In this document: positions 37,071 to 50,253 of the stretch, one piece after another
Layout of the letters: each line of letters begins with the position of its first letter
Numbering within the stretch: position 1 is the first letter of the stretch
Assembly: GCA_013265495.1 (NCBI GenBank)
Contig: MU058290.1
Coordinates: 496,001-560,000, forward strand
Source: Vicugna vicugna
Taxonomy: Eukaryota
Reading direction: 5' to 3'
Length of the DNA: 64,000 nucleotides
Notes under the pieces: generated by a model
What the model was told of the DNA's origin: nothing
Databases searched by the model: none
The model's input: the letters and a program-made list of their open reading frames with translations, nothing else
Position numbers and translations under genes: made by a program

Positions 37071-40000
37071 ATATATATTCTTATAAGTCCATTTCCATGA
37101 GATATTAACAGGCATTAAGGAAAGGAGGTTGGCGTTAAAATAAATATGACAAATGCTAGTTTAAATAAAGTTAAATAGGTCTGGTTTCCTCTAGGGTGTC
37201 TCAGAGCCTTTGCTATGTTAAGATGCATAATGACTCTCCTAAATGACATACTGTGGTGAAGTGATTTCCAAACTTATTTGAACCCAGATGATTTGTTTTC
37301 ATTTTCATTTTTTCTCAGAGCAACTCCAGGATTAATATTGTATATAATGTAGTCTGAGAAATGATGTTCAAGGCCTTCTTTTAGCATTTACAAAATTGCC
37401 TTCTATTGTTTTTTACAAAATTTTCATATGTGTATTCTGTTTTTTTAGGTGCAGTTGGGAAGTATGCACTGTAACATTTCACATTCCTTACAGAGATGTT
37501 GCTCAGAAACTTTTTCCTGCTGATGACAATAAATTTACAAACACCAATATAATTAGATATTGCTATACTAAGAAATTTAATAAGAAACTTGGAAATGAGA
37601 CAAAGATGAGAAAAAAAGAATAATATAACAAGCCCATCTCGTGAAACTGTCAAGATCTGCTTGTCTGAAAAAATCGGCACTGGATCAAGAGGAGCCCTTG
37701 GATCAAGAAACATCACAAAAAGTTTGCCTTTGAGATCTTTTTTGTCTCCTTGACTTGTCTGATTCTAGAGGTTTTATAATTAATCAGAAAAACTAGATGA
37801 GTTTCATTTTCACAGTTGTGTGTCAAAGATTGCTAGTCATTTATCTGTCTAAAATATATTTATCTTTCAAAAGTTAGAAACAGAAAGATCTGTATCTATA
37901 TGTCAAGACTGTTTGCTACTTGGAGACTGATAAGGGCCCCTTTCTTGGGCATTATATTTCAGACAAGAATCCGGAAGATGTGATCTACTTTGGTGAGAGG
38001 TCATGGAAGCAGTACTGTTGCCAGGGCAAACCTCTGGCTGTCATCTGTCTCTCCCATTAGAGACTGAGATCCTCTCTGTGTGTCCAGTATTTGCATCTGA
38101 AAGTCTGTACAAGCTTCAAAAAGTGAAGTAGAGAAGTAGACTTGCAGGCATCTCTCCATGATTCTTATGCTGGGGGCTCTGAATTTCAGAGTGAATGGGA
38201 AATAGTGGGGGCCAGAGCCATCTGGTCTGTACATGTTTTACCTGAACAATGGATAACATTTTTTTTAAAATTAAATAAATATGCATTTCCAAGAGAGTGC
38301 CTCCCTGCACTGTTCATTTTTTGTTTGTTTTTTTCTGTAGGAGTGTTCACAGGTTGTCTGTGTTCATAATTGTTTTTAACCTATGGTCAAATTTATAAAC
38401 TGAAGGTGAACATACTCTGTGTATCTAAAAATTATAAAATATTTTATCCTCCTTATATGAATGTCAACTATTTTCTTACTCCAAGAAGAAACTCATAAAT
38501 CAGATAATAAAATGTCTTCAATTTAACAGAGATCTAATTCCAATTAGTTATAGAGAATAATAAATGCTTCCATAAATTTAAAATAAGGGAACTTCCAGAG
38601 AAGAGAGGAATTGAATTTATAAGTTAAATGTGTTAGCCTTTTAAGAAAAACAAACTTCTGAAGAAAACTTCTAGCTCAGAGCATTTCTATGTAAGAATCC
38701 AAGTTCAGGTATTCAGAATAAACTGTTGGACAAATCAGAGTGGTGTGGTCATTTTGGTTTAGAAAGAGTGGTTTGGTTTTCTTCCTCATTTTAGAAGTTC
38801 GGAATATAACACAAGTGCTTTTTGCGGGGGGTGGGGTAAGACTTTGTTTTCACATAGAAGAACTAGTTAATCTGAACTTAATAAACTTGCTATACTGGTT
38901 TCACTGATCAGATGAGCTGACATTACTTCTAATGTTTAGCATTATTAAGAATGTAAAATTATATGTTCAATTAAATTGAATTTTATTTCTGGAAGATGTT
39001 TTTGTTATCAACTGTAGCTGTGTGGCTCTGTAATATGTCATCATATATATAATTTCCAATATCTTTGTTAACTTTAAGACCATGGACTAATACTAAATTA
39101 ATAATTAATGAAAAAATCTTTGGATACCTTAGACAATTTTTAATAAGATAGGATAAGAAAACATTGATTATTAGGCATAGTTTTAATTTGTCTCCTATTT
39201 TTATATTGTAGAATGACTATCAGATAACAGTTTGAGAGGGTGTTTAGCTACCTTTAGACCATGTTAAGGTATGTTTATTTTTACCTCTTTAAGAAACAAA
39301 AAGTGATGTCTGTGACTGTATGCATTCCTAAAATGTGTGCTCACTGCTCATCTGCTGAGATGCTTGTGTGTGACAGAAATTCTTGAGTACGAATTTCCTC
39401 TTTTTCTTTGGTTAACAGTTGTAATTAATATGGGTGGTTGAGACTCTACTCGCTGAGTGGCAAGGAAGTACAAATGTATATGTAAGATAATGGATACTTT
39501 TTTATTTATTATGAGCAAAGAAGAGTAATTTATCTTAAAACATAAATGTCTGGTTGTGTCAGGATGTGAAATAAAATGATAAAAGACAAAACTTGAGATG
39601 GAACAGAAAGTTAAAGGCATCTGAGGGAAAGTAAACTTTATTTTCCTTAGTTTAAAGTAACTGTGATAGTTTCTTTCTAAATAAATTTTATTTGGGGTTA
39701 ATTTCTTAGCTCTGTTCACTGAAAACCTAAAAATGGTGGAATGTCGACTATTTTACTAGGAAATATTTCTTAAGGTAAAAATGATTGGATAAATTTTTAT
39801 CTGGAGTAAGATGATTAATGATCACTTAATTCTTAGTGAGAAGCCATGGGTCTGGACACTCCTAGAGCCATGACTCTGATGACTGGGCATGTCCCTTGTA
39901 CGGACCCTGGAAGCTATGCTGATGCAGTTGTGACAGGAGACACTGACCCTTATGGCGCCTGCATCTTCTAAGCCAAGGTGGATCCTATACCCACCAGTGT

Positions 40001-41831
40001 GCATCTCATCTTTCCCTTGAGCTGTCACTTTGCAGTAGAAGGGAAAATTCAAACAACTGGACTGTCACGAGAACTCCTTTTGCAAAAGAGAACTATCTAA
40101 TATTATCCTGCTGGCAGGCTTGACTTCCCGTCCTTATCCTAAAGTGAAATCCAAGTATAAATGTGACCTTTTAATATGTTAAAAATGTTGTGTAACAAGC
40201 CCATCTAAGGCTCATCTAACTCTAGAAGGGTATAATTTTGTTTAACTTAGTATTTACTATTCATAGGATCTCAGAGATGTGGTAGGTATGCTGTGTTGTG
40301 CAATATGGTCTGATTGTTTCAGAGTCTTGAAAGCCCCTGGCCAGTTTTCTAGCAGGGATCAAGATTCAGACAACTCAAACAGCAGCCTAGGGAATCCCAG
40401 GGCTCGTTAGGCTGAGTGGTGGCATAAGGAGCGTGAAAGCCTTAGATACAGCCGAGAGCCCTCGGGGCAGGAGATCTTTCCAACCTCACAGCCAGCCCTC
40501 AATTAGGGCTTGACTTATAAGGAAGCTGTTAGTGCACAGACTGGGCAACTTTGATGGTCATCTGAGAATTTCCCATTGTGCTGGCCTGAGACTATGAATA
40601 AGTGGCTGGTAGGGTGAATAGCAGGGTAACATGTTCCTTCTTTGAACCCACATAGTTCCTGGTGTGCAAGGATGTAAGTTTCTCAGATGTTTATTCAAAG
40701 TTCTACTCCCCTTCCTTGCTTCTCTTTCTGGCTCTGAAACCATTTTTTATACCTCCTGTTGTTCATACTCTTTTTTTCTATACACTGACATTTATCATTT
40801 TTAAATTCAAGGAATCATTTGAGTTTTGTTTCCTAGGCTTATACACTTACAATCATTCACAGAATAATGAAATTCCCACAGTATCAGTTAATTCTAGGGT
40901 TGGTAGTATCTTGGAAGGTGATTACAAGGTTGGATAAGGTAAGATCAGTTTTATGTAACAGAAGGCACTAGATAAATGGCAGTGCTGTCTTAAGCCTGCC
41001 TTATTCTACCATAGTCCCTCCTACAATCTATTTTCCATTTCTTGAATTATTTCAGTTGCTTTTTGCCAAATATTCACTTTCTCCCAATGCAATTTAAAAT
41101 GCAGCATTTCAAAGCCCAAATGTCTGGAGCAGAAAGATTGTGCCCTTCTCAGTAGGGGTACCATCATGGGTACCACCTCCAACGAATGGAGTCCATTTCT
41201 TGGTGTTTCAGAAGAAATTAGAAAACATATCCGTTACCTCCAAAAGAAGTTCACTTGGTATTTAAACTCCCGCTAGCAAGTCATTCTCCATCATTGTATG
41301 GTCAAGTTCCTTCCTATGAGAATGCTTTTATAGTTCAATACAAAGATAGACAAATAGCAAAATATAATACACTACATTGTTTGAAAAAAAACCCCACAAT
41401 TCCCACAAGGAGAACTTTACTCTCTTTGGTGGTATTTTCCACGTAGACCTCCGTGGTTCCCTGCTTAGGAAATCTAGAGAATAGCTGCCCAGGTGTCCAT
41501 AAATAGCCCTTGATTATTTAAGGAGCTTGATTTTGTCCTCTTCTCTCCTTACTGCATCGGGTCCTTCCATAAAGATTTTAATTTCTTTTTAAGCACTTTC
41601 AATTCTTTTGAATCATTTTGCCAAATTAAAAATATTTAAAATGGACTTTTGCAGATTCTTCAGTTTTTCTTAGGATGTGAAGCATGATATACTTGGTAGG
41701 GTCTGATTCTACAGCAAGGAATGTGCTAATGGAGCTGGCATGTTTGAATGTTGCTTCCCAGGCCCCAGCAGGGGTCTGGCCCGGGAAACTATGCTGTGGT
41801 GGAAGGTGGCTTTAAGAGATGTGCATCCCTT

Positions 41832-42480
41832 GTTCCTGGAGAATATCATTCTAAGTGAAGTAAGCCAGGAAGAGAAAGAAAAATACCATATGAGATCGCT
41901 TATATGTGGAATCTAAAAAAAAGAACATAAATACAAAACAGAAAGAGACTCATAGACATAGAATACAAACTTGTGGATGCCAAGGGGGTGGGGAGGTGGG
42001 AAGGCACAGACTGGGATCTCAAAATTCAGATACTGACAGGCATATGTAGAATAGATTAACAAGATTATACTGTATAGCACAGGGAAATATATACAAGATC
42101 TTGTGGTAGCTCACAGCAAAAAAAAAAGAAAAGTGACACTGAATATATGTATGTTCATGTATAACTGAAAAATTCTACACTGGAATTTGACACAACATTT
42201 TAAAATGACTAACTCAATAAAAAATGTTTTAAAAATGATGAAAGAAGGATTTAATAATGCTAATCATAATAATAGTAAGTATAAATAAAAGCTTTAATAT
42301 GATAAAAAGAATAAAAAATACATATAGCATTCAAGTTTATTTCTGACATTGAAGCTTTTCTATATTTTGGTATTTAAAACCTAATAAAAATAATGCAATC
42401 AGTTCAGGGTGAACTATAACATGTATATTGCATAATTATATGTAATATGAATAAAAATCCAATTTAAAATAGAAAAAAAA
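41832..42480 (+). mobile_element. L1 3' end plus ~245 bp extra sequence, bounded by an 18-bp TSD
   Basis: L1 3'UTR 41832-~42235; TSD aagagatgtgcatccctt (41814-41831) / aagagatgggcatccctt (42481-42498). Confidence 0.9.
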
Positions 42481-42912
42481 AAGAGATGGGCATCCCTTCA
42501 TGCTGATGGGTACAATGCTCTTTTCATTTCCCACAGAATAGTCAGAGGCTAAATTTCTTGTTGTGATCAGAGACTTCAGAAATGTAGAAGTCAGAAATAT
42601 TTCTACTAAACACAGCAATTTTATTAACCCTGAAAGCAAACTTGCCATATTTGGTGGCATTATGTTTTCCTATTATCTGAAGGCAGAAAATTTCTTGAGT
42701 CTGTAAGACAATCCATGAATAACCAGAATTCAGTGTATACCTTAATTACAACTCAAATAACTAAGACACAGGATTGCCTGTGTTTGTCCTACGAAATTTA
42801 AAGGTGTTGATATTTGACAAATCCTATTACACTAACCTCCTAGAAACTATACAAAAATACTTATTGTACTGAAGTCTCCCAATGTTAAATATCACTTTAA
42901 AGAGGTAGATCA

Positions 42913-43027
42913 AGATGGAAACTAAACTTTTGGAGATGAGGACACTGTAGTGTATACAGAATTTGAAATATAATGCTGTATACATAAAACTTGTATAATG
43001 TTATAAACCAATACAAAATAAAATTAA
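42913..43027 (+). mobile_element. Very short L1-type 3' end with perfect 14-bp TSD
   Basis: TSD aaagaggtagatca at 42899-42912 and 43028-43041; tataatgttataaaccaat and A-rich tail. Confidence 0.85.
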
Positions 43028-43266
43028 AAAGAGGTAGATCATAGACTAGGGCTTAAAAATGTCTTGAAGTAATCTGGATTAATTTTATATATTCTTAATT
43101 AATCTGCTTCACAGAACTTTCTTAAGTTTTTTCATCTTGAAAAATGACTCTATAACACCACACCCAGAATCTGATAACTCATATTTTTTTGCCTTTTGTC
43201 TAACTTAAAACTTTCATGTTCCAAGTTTACTCTTCTTTCTCTAGGTCACTTGGTATTCTTGACTTG

Positions 43267-44214
43267 ATGAAAAAAGAAAATGATTCTAAGGTGACAGAAT
43301 TTGTTCTTCTGGGCCTGTCATCCTCCTGGGAGCTGCAGCTCTTTCTCTTCTTAATATTTTTGTTGTTTTATGTGGCTACTGTCCTGGGAAACCTCTTGAT
43401 AATGGTAACAGTGCGAGCCGACACTCACCTGCTCCAGTCGCCTATGTACTATTTTTTGGGCCATCTGTCCTTCATTGACCTATGCCTGAGCTGTGTTACT
43501 GTGCCCAAGATGTTAGGAGATTTCCTACAGGAGGGCAAGATCATCTCTTTTTCCGGGTGCCTGGCCCAGATTTACTTCCTGCACTTTCTGGGAGCCAGTG
43601 AGATGTTTCTGCTGACCGTCATGGCCTACGATAGGTATGTTGCCATATGCAGTCCTTTGCACTACCTGGCAGTCATGAACCGCCAGCTCTGCTTTCAGTT
43701 GGTTTTTGCCTGCTGGTGTGGGGGCTTCGTCCACGCCATCACACAGGTCACACTGGTCATTCAGCTGCCCTTCTGTGGCCTCAATGAACTGGACAACTTC
43801 TACTGTGATGTCCCACAGGTCATCAAGCTGGCCTGCATGGACACGTATGTGGTGGAGGTGCTGATGGTCTCAAACAGCGGTCTGCTCTCCCTTGTCTGCT
43901 TCTTGGTCTTGCTGATCTCTTATGCGGTCATCCTGATTACCCTGAGAACTCGCCTCCACCAGGGCCAGAGCAAGGCCCTCGCTACCTGTGCCTCCCACCT
44001 GACAGTGGTCAGCCTGATCTTTGTGCCGTGTGTGTTCATATACCTGAGGCCTTTCTGCAGCTTCTCTGTGGACAAGGTTTTCTCTGTCTTCTACACGGTG
44101 ATCACACCTATGTTGAACCCCCTCATCTACACCTTCAGAAATGCTGATATGAAGACAGCCATGAAGAAGCTGAGAAAAAAACATGTGACATCCTGCTGCC
44201 ATGTCCAAGAATGA
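43267..44214 (+). CDS. OR4Q3: Olfactory receptor 4Q3 orthologue, 315 aa from MKKENDS (possibly 323 aa with spliced start)
   Basis: Distinctive HLLQSPMYYFLGHLSFIDLCLSCVTVPKMLGDFLQ and LRPFCSFSVDK match recalled human OR4Q3. The track ATG at 43216 lies upstream of the acceptor ttactcttctttctctag (ends 43244), so it is probably intronic. Confidence 0.95.
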   Translation: MKKENDSKVTEFVLLGLSSSWELQLFLFLIFLLFYVATVLGNLLIMVTVRADTHLLQSPMYYFLGHLSFIDLCLSCVTVPKMLGDFLQEGKIISFSGCLAQIYFLHFLGASEMFLLTVMAYDRYVAICSPLHYLAVMNRQLCFQLVFACWCGGFVHAITQVTLVIQLPFCGLNELDNFYCDVPQVIKLACMDTYVVEVLMVSNSGLLSLVCFLVLLISYAVILITLRTRLHQGQSKALATCASHLTVVSLIFVPCVFIYLRPFCSFSVDKVFSVFYTVITPMLNPLIYTFRNADMKTAMKKLRKKHVTSCCHVQE

Positions 44215-46998
44215 ACAGGAAGAGGTGATTTAGAAAATCTTTTCTTAGGGTACTCTTAACTCCATCTGTAGCTGAGTACATGCATGAAAACCAAGTTGGT
44301 GACTTTGGTCTAAAAGAGAAGGCAGCATCAGAATTACAATGCATTGCTCTTGACCACAGTTGGGAGGTACAGGTGACTTTCTCAGGTGTTAAATATTAAG
44401 CAGGGAACTCAGGAGTGCTCACCGGTCCAAAAATGATAACAGGAATTAATCGCGTCCTAGGGTCAGCAGGAGCCCTTGAAAGATCAACTCTTCTATCCTT
44501 TTGTCTATAAGTGGCCTTCTTTTATTCAGTTCATTTCTCTTTTAAACTCCATTCAAATGAAAGAAGATACTACACCCCTTTTTGTGTCCCACTCCTCCAG
44601 GGTTTAGTCCCCGGTGTCTGGAAGTTCCTTCTGATGTCTCATCCAAGTATCTTCTGAAACAGCGTGAGTCCCTCTTGCCGTGTCTCTAACAAAACCTCAC
44701 TGATCACTCTGCGTATTAGTGTTCGCCCAGGAACTGTGTTGTGTATTGTGCCAAATTTCAGAAATGAAGATCAGCGACTTACCTGAATGAACAGAGGCTC
44801 TTAACAAAGCTTATGCGCGAAGGAAAGGAAGCCTGGGGGTGCTCTTGGTGTTCTGCTGCAGAGGCTTCTCCAGAAGGGACTTTCCATTTCACCCTGAGAT
44901 TTTCTTTGAGTTGAATTATAGTGGGGGTGATTGACAAGCTGTCTCTTCATGGAGCACAATGTGTAAGAGCTCTGAACTCTAAAGGAAAAGAGAAAGAAAG
45001 AAATGAGCTGTGGTTTAAAGTGCTCACCTACTTGGTTCCTGGCCTTGAGGTACTCGAGTTACTCACAGTTACTGTCTCTGGGTCTCAAAGGTGCTTTGAG
45101 CAATAGGTAATGTTATTCAACTTCATTTTTACAATCAGCTCAGATTTGTGAAGTGATCTTGCCCAAGATCACTTAGAAAAAGTGTAATTAACCAAGAAAG
45201 CTGGAAACCTTAGATAATTTAGTCTAAGTTAATTTTTTTTTCTCCCAGAAAGAGTATTTATCCCAATTAGGCAGACTACTTGCTTTTTTTCAACTATACC
45301 TGTATAGGATCTCAAGACCTAGGAGATCCCTAAAAAAATTCACATAAAAGTTTATATTTAAGGTTATCCATCTCTGACATGAGGCTCTTTGCAACATTTT
45401 ATGCCCATGGAAAGGTGTTTATTCTATTTACTGAATAATAATATAATGATGGACTTTCAGGAATATCTTTATATTTGTTCACTTCATTTCCTAATCAATT
45501 GCTACAAGGAGGCTTTTCTGATTACTTAGCTGAAAAACAAACCTCAGGAGAAAAAAGTCTGAAGTGCTACCTAATACTAGGACTTACTAGGTAACGTGCA
45601 ATATCCCTCATCATGTAAGAGCTTTCTTCACATTGCAATAAAGAATGGATTTTCATTTTTGTGCTGGGAGTTAGTGACTTTATATTTAGGAAACTGTATG
45701 TATGTATATATGTTTGTATGTATGTGTGAATGTATGGCTATAGAAGAACTTCTCAAAGACCAAGAACAAAGCTACTACTTGGGTGATTTCTTTAGAGGAT
45801 GACTGAGAGTGAGAAGCATTCCTAGTACAGATCACAGCCTCCTCTCTCCCTTTTACTCCATAACACTTCCAGAGACCTCCTGCTTGCAATAAATATCCAG
45901 AAGGGCAGACAGGTAGAAACCACCAGTCAGAGCAGTGTGTGGGCTGACAGAAGGATTTAGTGGTGCTGTGAGTCAGCCAGGCACACTGCAGGGACATGAA
46001 GCTCCAGGCTTTCTTTTTGTATCAGCTGGTTGCAACACCCCCTTTTTCTAATGTCCCTCTTCTGTAGCAAAATTTAAGGGCTTGGGAAATCATTTTAAAT
46101 GTCCTGTTGATATCTGGGATTGACAGCATAATACTCAGAAAAACAAGATATTCCCTCTTGCATTTTTAATTCTCTGATGCTTGCTTAATCAATTGTCTAT
46201 AGTAAAATTTTTATTAATAAGCTGCTAACATCTCTATTCTTCAGAGACTGTACGTGATTGATATTATCTACAGAGTTCAAGGCTCACATGCCCTGAGCTC
46301 ACTTCCAAAGCCTGTCTGAGCTTCTTCTGTAAGTCTATCCTCCTGCGGTTGGACCATATCACTGTATATACTCCTTTAGGCTGAGGGACACTGTGTATAA
46401 AGTGTGTGGCCAGAACCTGGACATTTGGGCTGCAGAATCCACATTCACATCTGACAGACTTCTTGTGTTGGGATTTGGAACCAGAAAAGGTGGGCTAGGC
46501 GTGAGGGCCAAAGCTGGCTCTTTCTACAATGCCATGTCTGATGGACTTCAAATTTGATCTGAAATTTGAAACAGGCCTTCAAGTAATTACAAGAGTACAA
46601 GAACATTATTTTCTGAGTATGAGGAAATTTAAATTCATTTAATTTTTTACTGGGATATACAACTTTTAGTCATATGGTACACGGGCTCTAAATTTTCAAA
46701 AATTTCTATTTGGACTTCTGCTTTGGGTCCCTCAGATATTTGAGGTGGGTCTGCCCCTTCTTTCCAGCTCTTGGGGTCCTTTGGGGCACTGAAATAACTG
46801 AAAGGAGACAAAGACAAGTCTGATTCATGAAATCACAGGAGGATTATTGACTTCACATTTCCAGAGCACATGGGAGCTAAGAATGTACATTTATAGCCTA
46901 GCTGTAAACTACACATCGTGAATGAGCCAATACAGTAGGGGAAATAATAGTAATAACACAGCAAGGAAGACAGTAACAATCAGGAAAAGCAAGGTTTT

Positions 46999-47168
46999 AT
47001 TTGTTTTGGGTTAGTGGTCCAAAATTGTAATACTGAGTACCACCCTCCTCTTTCCCTTGTCCCAGCTTTGAGTAAATTGTGCAAAACTACATGGAAATGG
47101 CCTGAATATTTATTGACTAGTTACTTCCCAAGTAGCCTCCAATATAGTTTTACAAAGTCGTTTAGTGG
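46999..47168 (+). repeat. Copy 1 of ~170-bp direct duplication
   Basis: cccttgtcccagctttgagtaaattgtgcaaaact...ggaaatggcctg...caatatagttttacaaag...tttagtgg recurs at 50084-50253. Confidence 0.9.
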
Positions 47169-47604
47169 GAGTTTTGGGAAGTAGAAGGTTTACCCATTGC
47201 TCAATTACTCCCTCTAAGAGTCCTAGAAACTAGGAAGTGTTATTGGTGAGAAACCAGCATGCCATCCCAATATGTACTCCTCATCTGGAGAAAACATTTC
47301 CTGGCAGATGTTTCTCAATAAATAACTCTTAGTGATTTTTTGGATCTTTTAATATTCATTCATTCATTCCTCATTCATGAATTCACTGTTAATTTATTAT
47401 CCATTCTTTAACAGCTATCTTCTGAGTGCCTGCTGTGCTTGGCAGTGTTGTAGGTACCTTGCCAATTTGTGTATTGCCCCAAACATCAACAGATGACCCA
47501 AATATCTAATTATAAAGTCTCTCAATATCCACCAGGGGAAGGTGAATAGCATTCTAAGACAATCTGTGAGCCCAGATGACTGGGGGGAGTAGAGGAGAGA
47601 GGTC

Positions 47605-47830
47605 AAAAGTGTGGACTCTGGAGTCAGACATCCTCCTCATGATCCAGCTTCACTACTTACCAGAGGACAACTTAATTTCTCAGTATCTCTTTGGACAATG
47701 AGGACACTAAAATATCTGCCTCACAGGGTTGTCAGGAAAACTAAACAAAATAATACTTGTAAAGCTCTAATTAAAGTGTGTCTACATATGGTCAGAACTC
47801 AATAAACACTGACTGGTTATGTTACCATCA
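47605..47830 (+). mobile_element. MIR SINE
   Basis: gtggactctggagtcagac...cacttacc...cctcacagggttgtcagg...ctcaataaa. Confidence 0.8.
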
Positions 47831-49154
47831 TTGCTAATTGTTTTATTAAACAGAAAATAAAAGCTGAAAGAAGATTGTACAATTGTTTTATCCTAGAGAA
47901 TCAGACAGAAAGAGCTTTTGACCCCAGACCCCTGCTGGATGACAATTAAACCCTTAGTAACTCCCCATTCACACCGAAACTAGCCTTGACATAAGAAATG
48001 TCATGTTTTATGATATATGTGTCCTAAAAATTATGTAAAAAATCACATTTGAAGTGTTAAAAAATGTTCTAGTTACCATCAAACATTCAAGGTTTTTATA
48101 TCATTGTTTTTTAATTAAATATTTTATTAAAATTTAGGATAGTTTTAAATTTACAGAATAGTTGCAAAGACAGTACGGACAGTTTTTGTATACCTCACAT
48201 CATTTCCCTTAGTGTTAACTGCTTACACTATGAGGTACATTTGTCACAACTAATGAACCAATACTGGTACATTATTATTAACTAAACTCCATTTTATTTA
48301 TATTTCAATAGTTCTTTCCTTAGCAAATAGGCTTGGCCAAGTTACCCATGTTTCATTGTCATGCTAGTTATTGATTGATTGTCCTTATTGCTCTTCATGT
48401 TTCCATGAAGCTTTTTGTAATTATTCCATAAACAAACACTACAAACACCTGGTGAGCTTCTGGTACTTAGAGGAAATGGTAAAATATATAATGTAAATAC
48501 AATGCAGTCTGGTTTCTATCTCTTAAGTGAATAACTCTTTAACTTTCTATCCCTCCCCACCTCTTCCTCTTCTCTCTTCAAATCTATAGTTTATCATCTG
48601 CAAGTTCTATCCTGCACCCGATTCTAGTACAAATATTCTCATGGGAATCTGTAGGAGTATGGGGTATGCACAGCAATAAGAAAATCAAGGAAAATACCTA
48701 GGAGCCCCCATATTATTGACTTTGCTACAGTACCACTCTAAACTTTGGGTCCAGTTCCAGTGTCTAAGCATGTTCCAAGACCAAGTCTTGGTCCTTGTCC
48801 TCACTTATTGTCCTATTCCTGTCCCACTGTATATACCTCTGAACTACTTTCCTCTCTATGCCTCTGGACATGCTGCTTCCTCTGCTGGAATTACTGATCC
48901 TTTTTTTGCCTTTAACACTCAGATTAAGAGTTTTATCTTCTTGGATTTCAAATCTGATCCTGTTCAGGTGGAGTTCTATTAAATGATTCTTAAATGAATT
49001 TTCATAGTATAATATACTTATACTTAGTCAGCATAGCACTCACTGTATTTATTGCAATTTTCTTCTCACTTGTTAGGCTGCCTCACTAGTCAGTGATCTT
49101 TGTATCTAGAGTATCCAGTACAGTGCCCAGCCAAGAATTAATGCTTTATAAATG

Positions 49155-49550
49155 TGTTTTTCTATTGACATACAATTTATATACAATATTGTGTAAGTTT
49201 AACATATACAACGTATAGATTTGATACATTTATATATTGCAGAGTGACTGCCACTATAGCTTTAGCTAACATCTCTATCACATCATGTAATTATCATTTC
49301 TTTTTTTTGCAGTAAGAACACTTAAGATCTAGTTTCTGAGGAACTTTAAAGTATATGATATAGCATTGTTGACTGTAATAACTATGCTATGCATTAGATC
49401 TCCAGGACTTACTCACTTCTGGTTGCACATTTGTACCCTTTAACATCTCCCAAGTTCCTCCTCTCCCCAGCCTCCCATTCTACGCTTTTTGTACATGAGT
49501 TCCACTTTTTTAGATTGCACACTTCAATGATACCGTATGGTATTTGTCTT
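49155..49550 (-). mobile_element. L1 (L1MA-like) 3' end
   Basis: ttgacatacaat...gtaagaacacttaagatct...ctatgcattagatctccaggacttactc...gtatttgtctt. Confidence 0.8.
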
Positions 49551-50083
49551 GGTCTGGATAAATGCTTTGGAAGGAACGAAGGAACAGAACAAGAAAGGAA
49601 GAAAAAGAGAGAAGCACGTGGCACAGTCCTTCATCTCAAAAGGAATCTGAGTGGAGAACCAGTAAGAACAGGACTGCCACGGTTAGCTATTCCCTTGTCT
49701 AAACAGCCCCTGTACTTATACCCTAGGCAGTCACAGAACAATAAACTGTTGCCAACAACAACAAAAGACACTTTAATGCTGCAACATGAGAATCCTTTTT
49801 ACCTCAGGAAATCATGAACGAAGGTGCATGTTATTTAGATTATAATATTCTTTCTGTTGTGATGGTTGCGCTATTCAAACACACAGAAGTTTAGGCTTGA
49901 CCTGAACGTTCATGCTGTAATTCAGGGACTCAAGCTCCCCTGACCTAAATCGCTTAGAAACCCATTCATGTACTGAGGCAGGGTCTTCATTCGTGCCACT
50001 GAATCAAACATCTTCCTTGCCTACCTGAGCTTCAGCAAATTTTAAAAGGAAGTAAAATATTCTAATAGTTTTCCAAACAAATA

Positions 50084-50253
50084 TTTGTTGTTGAGTTAGC
50101 AATCCAGTGTAGTGATACTGAGCATCACCTTCTCCCTGCCCTTGTCCCAACTTTGAGTAGATTGTGCAAAACTGTGGAAATGGCCTGGATATTTATTAGT
50201 TTATTAATTACCAAGTAACCTTCAATATAGTTTTACAAAGAGTCATTTAGTGG
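50084..50253 (+). repeat. Copy 2 of ~170-bp direct duplication
   Basis: Aligns by eye to 46999-47168 at roughly 80% identity in the core. Confidence 0.9.

Noticed and set aside
43216..43266. Track N-terminal extensions of ORs (43216, 55629, 14271)
   Set aside because: They run through polypyrimidine tract/acceptor sequence, and two begin at TTG, so they are probably intronic.
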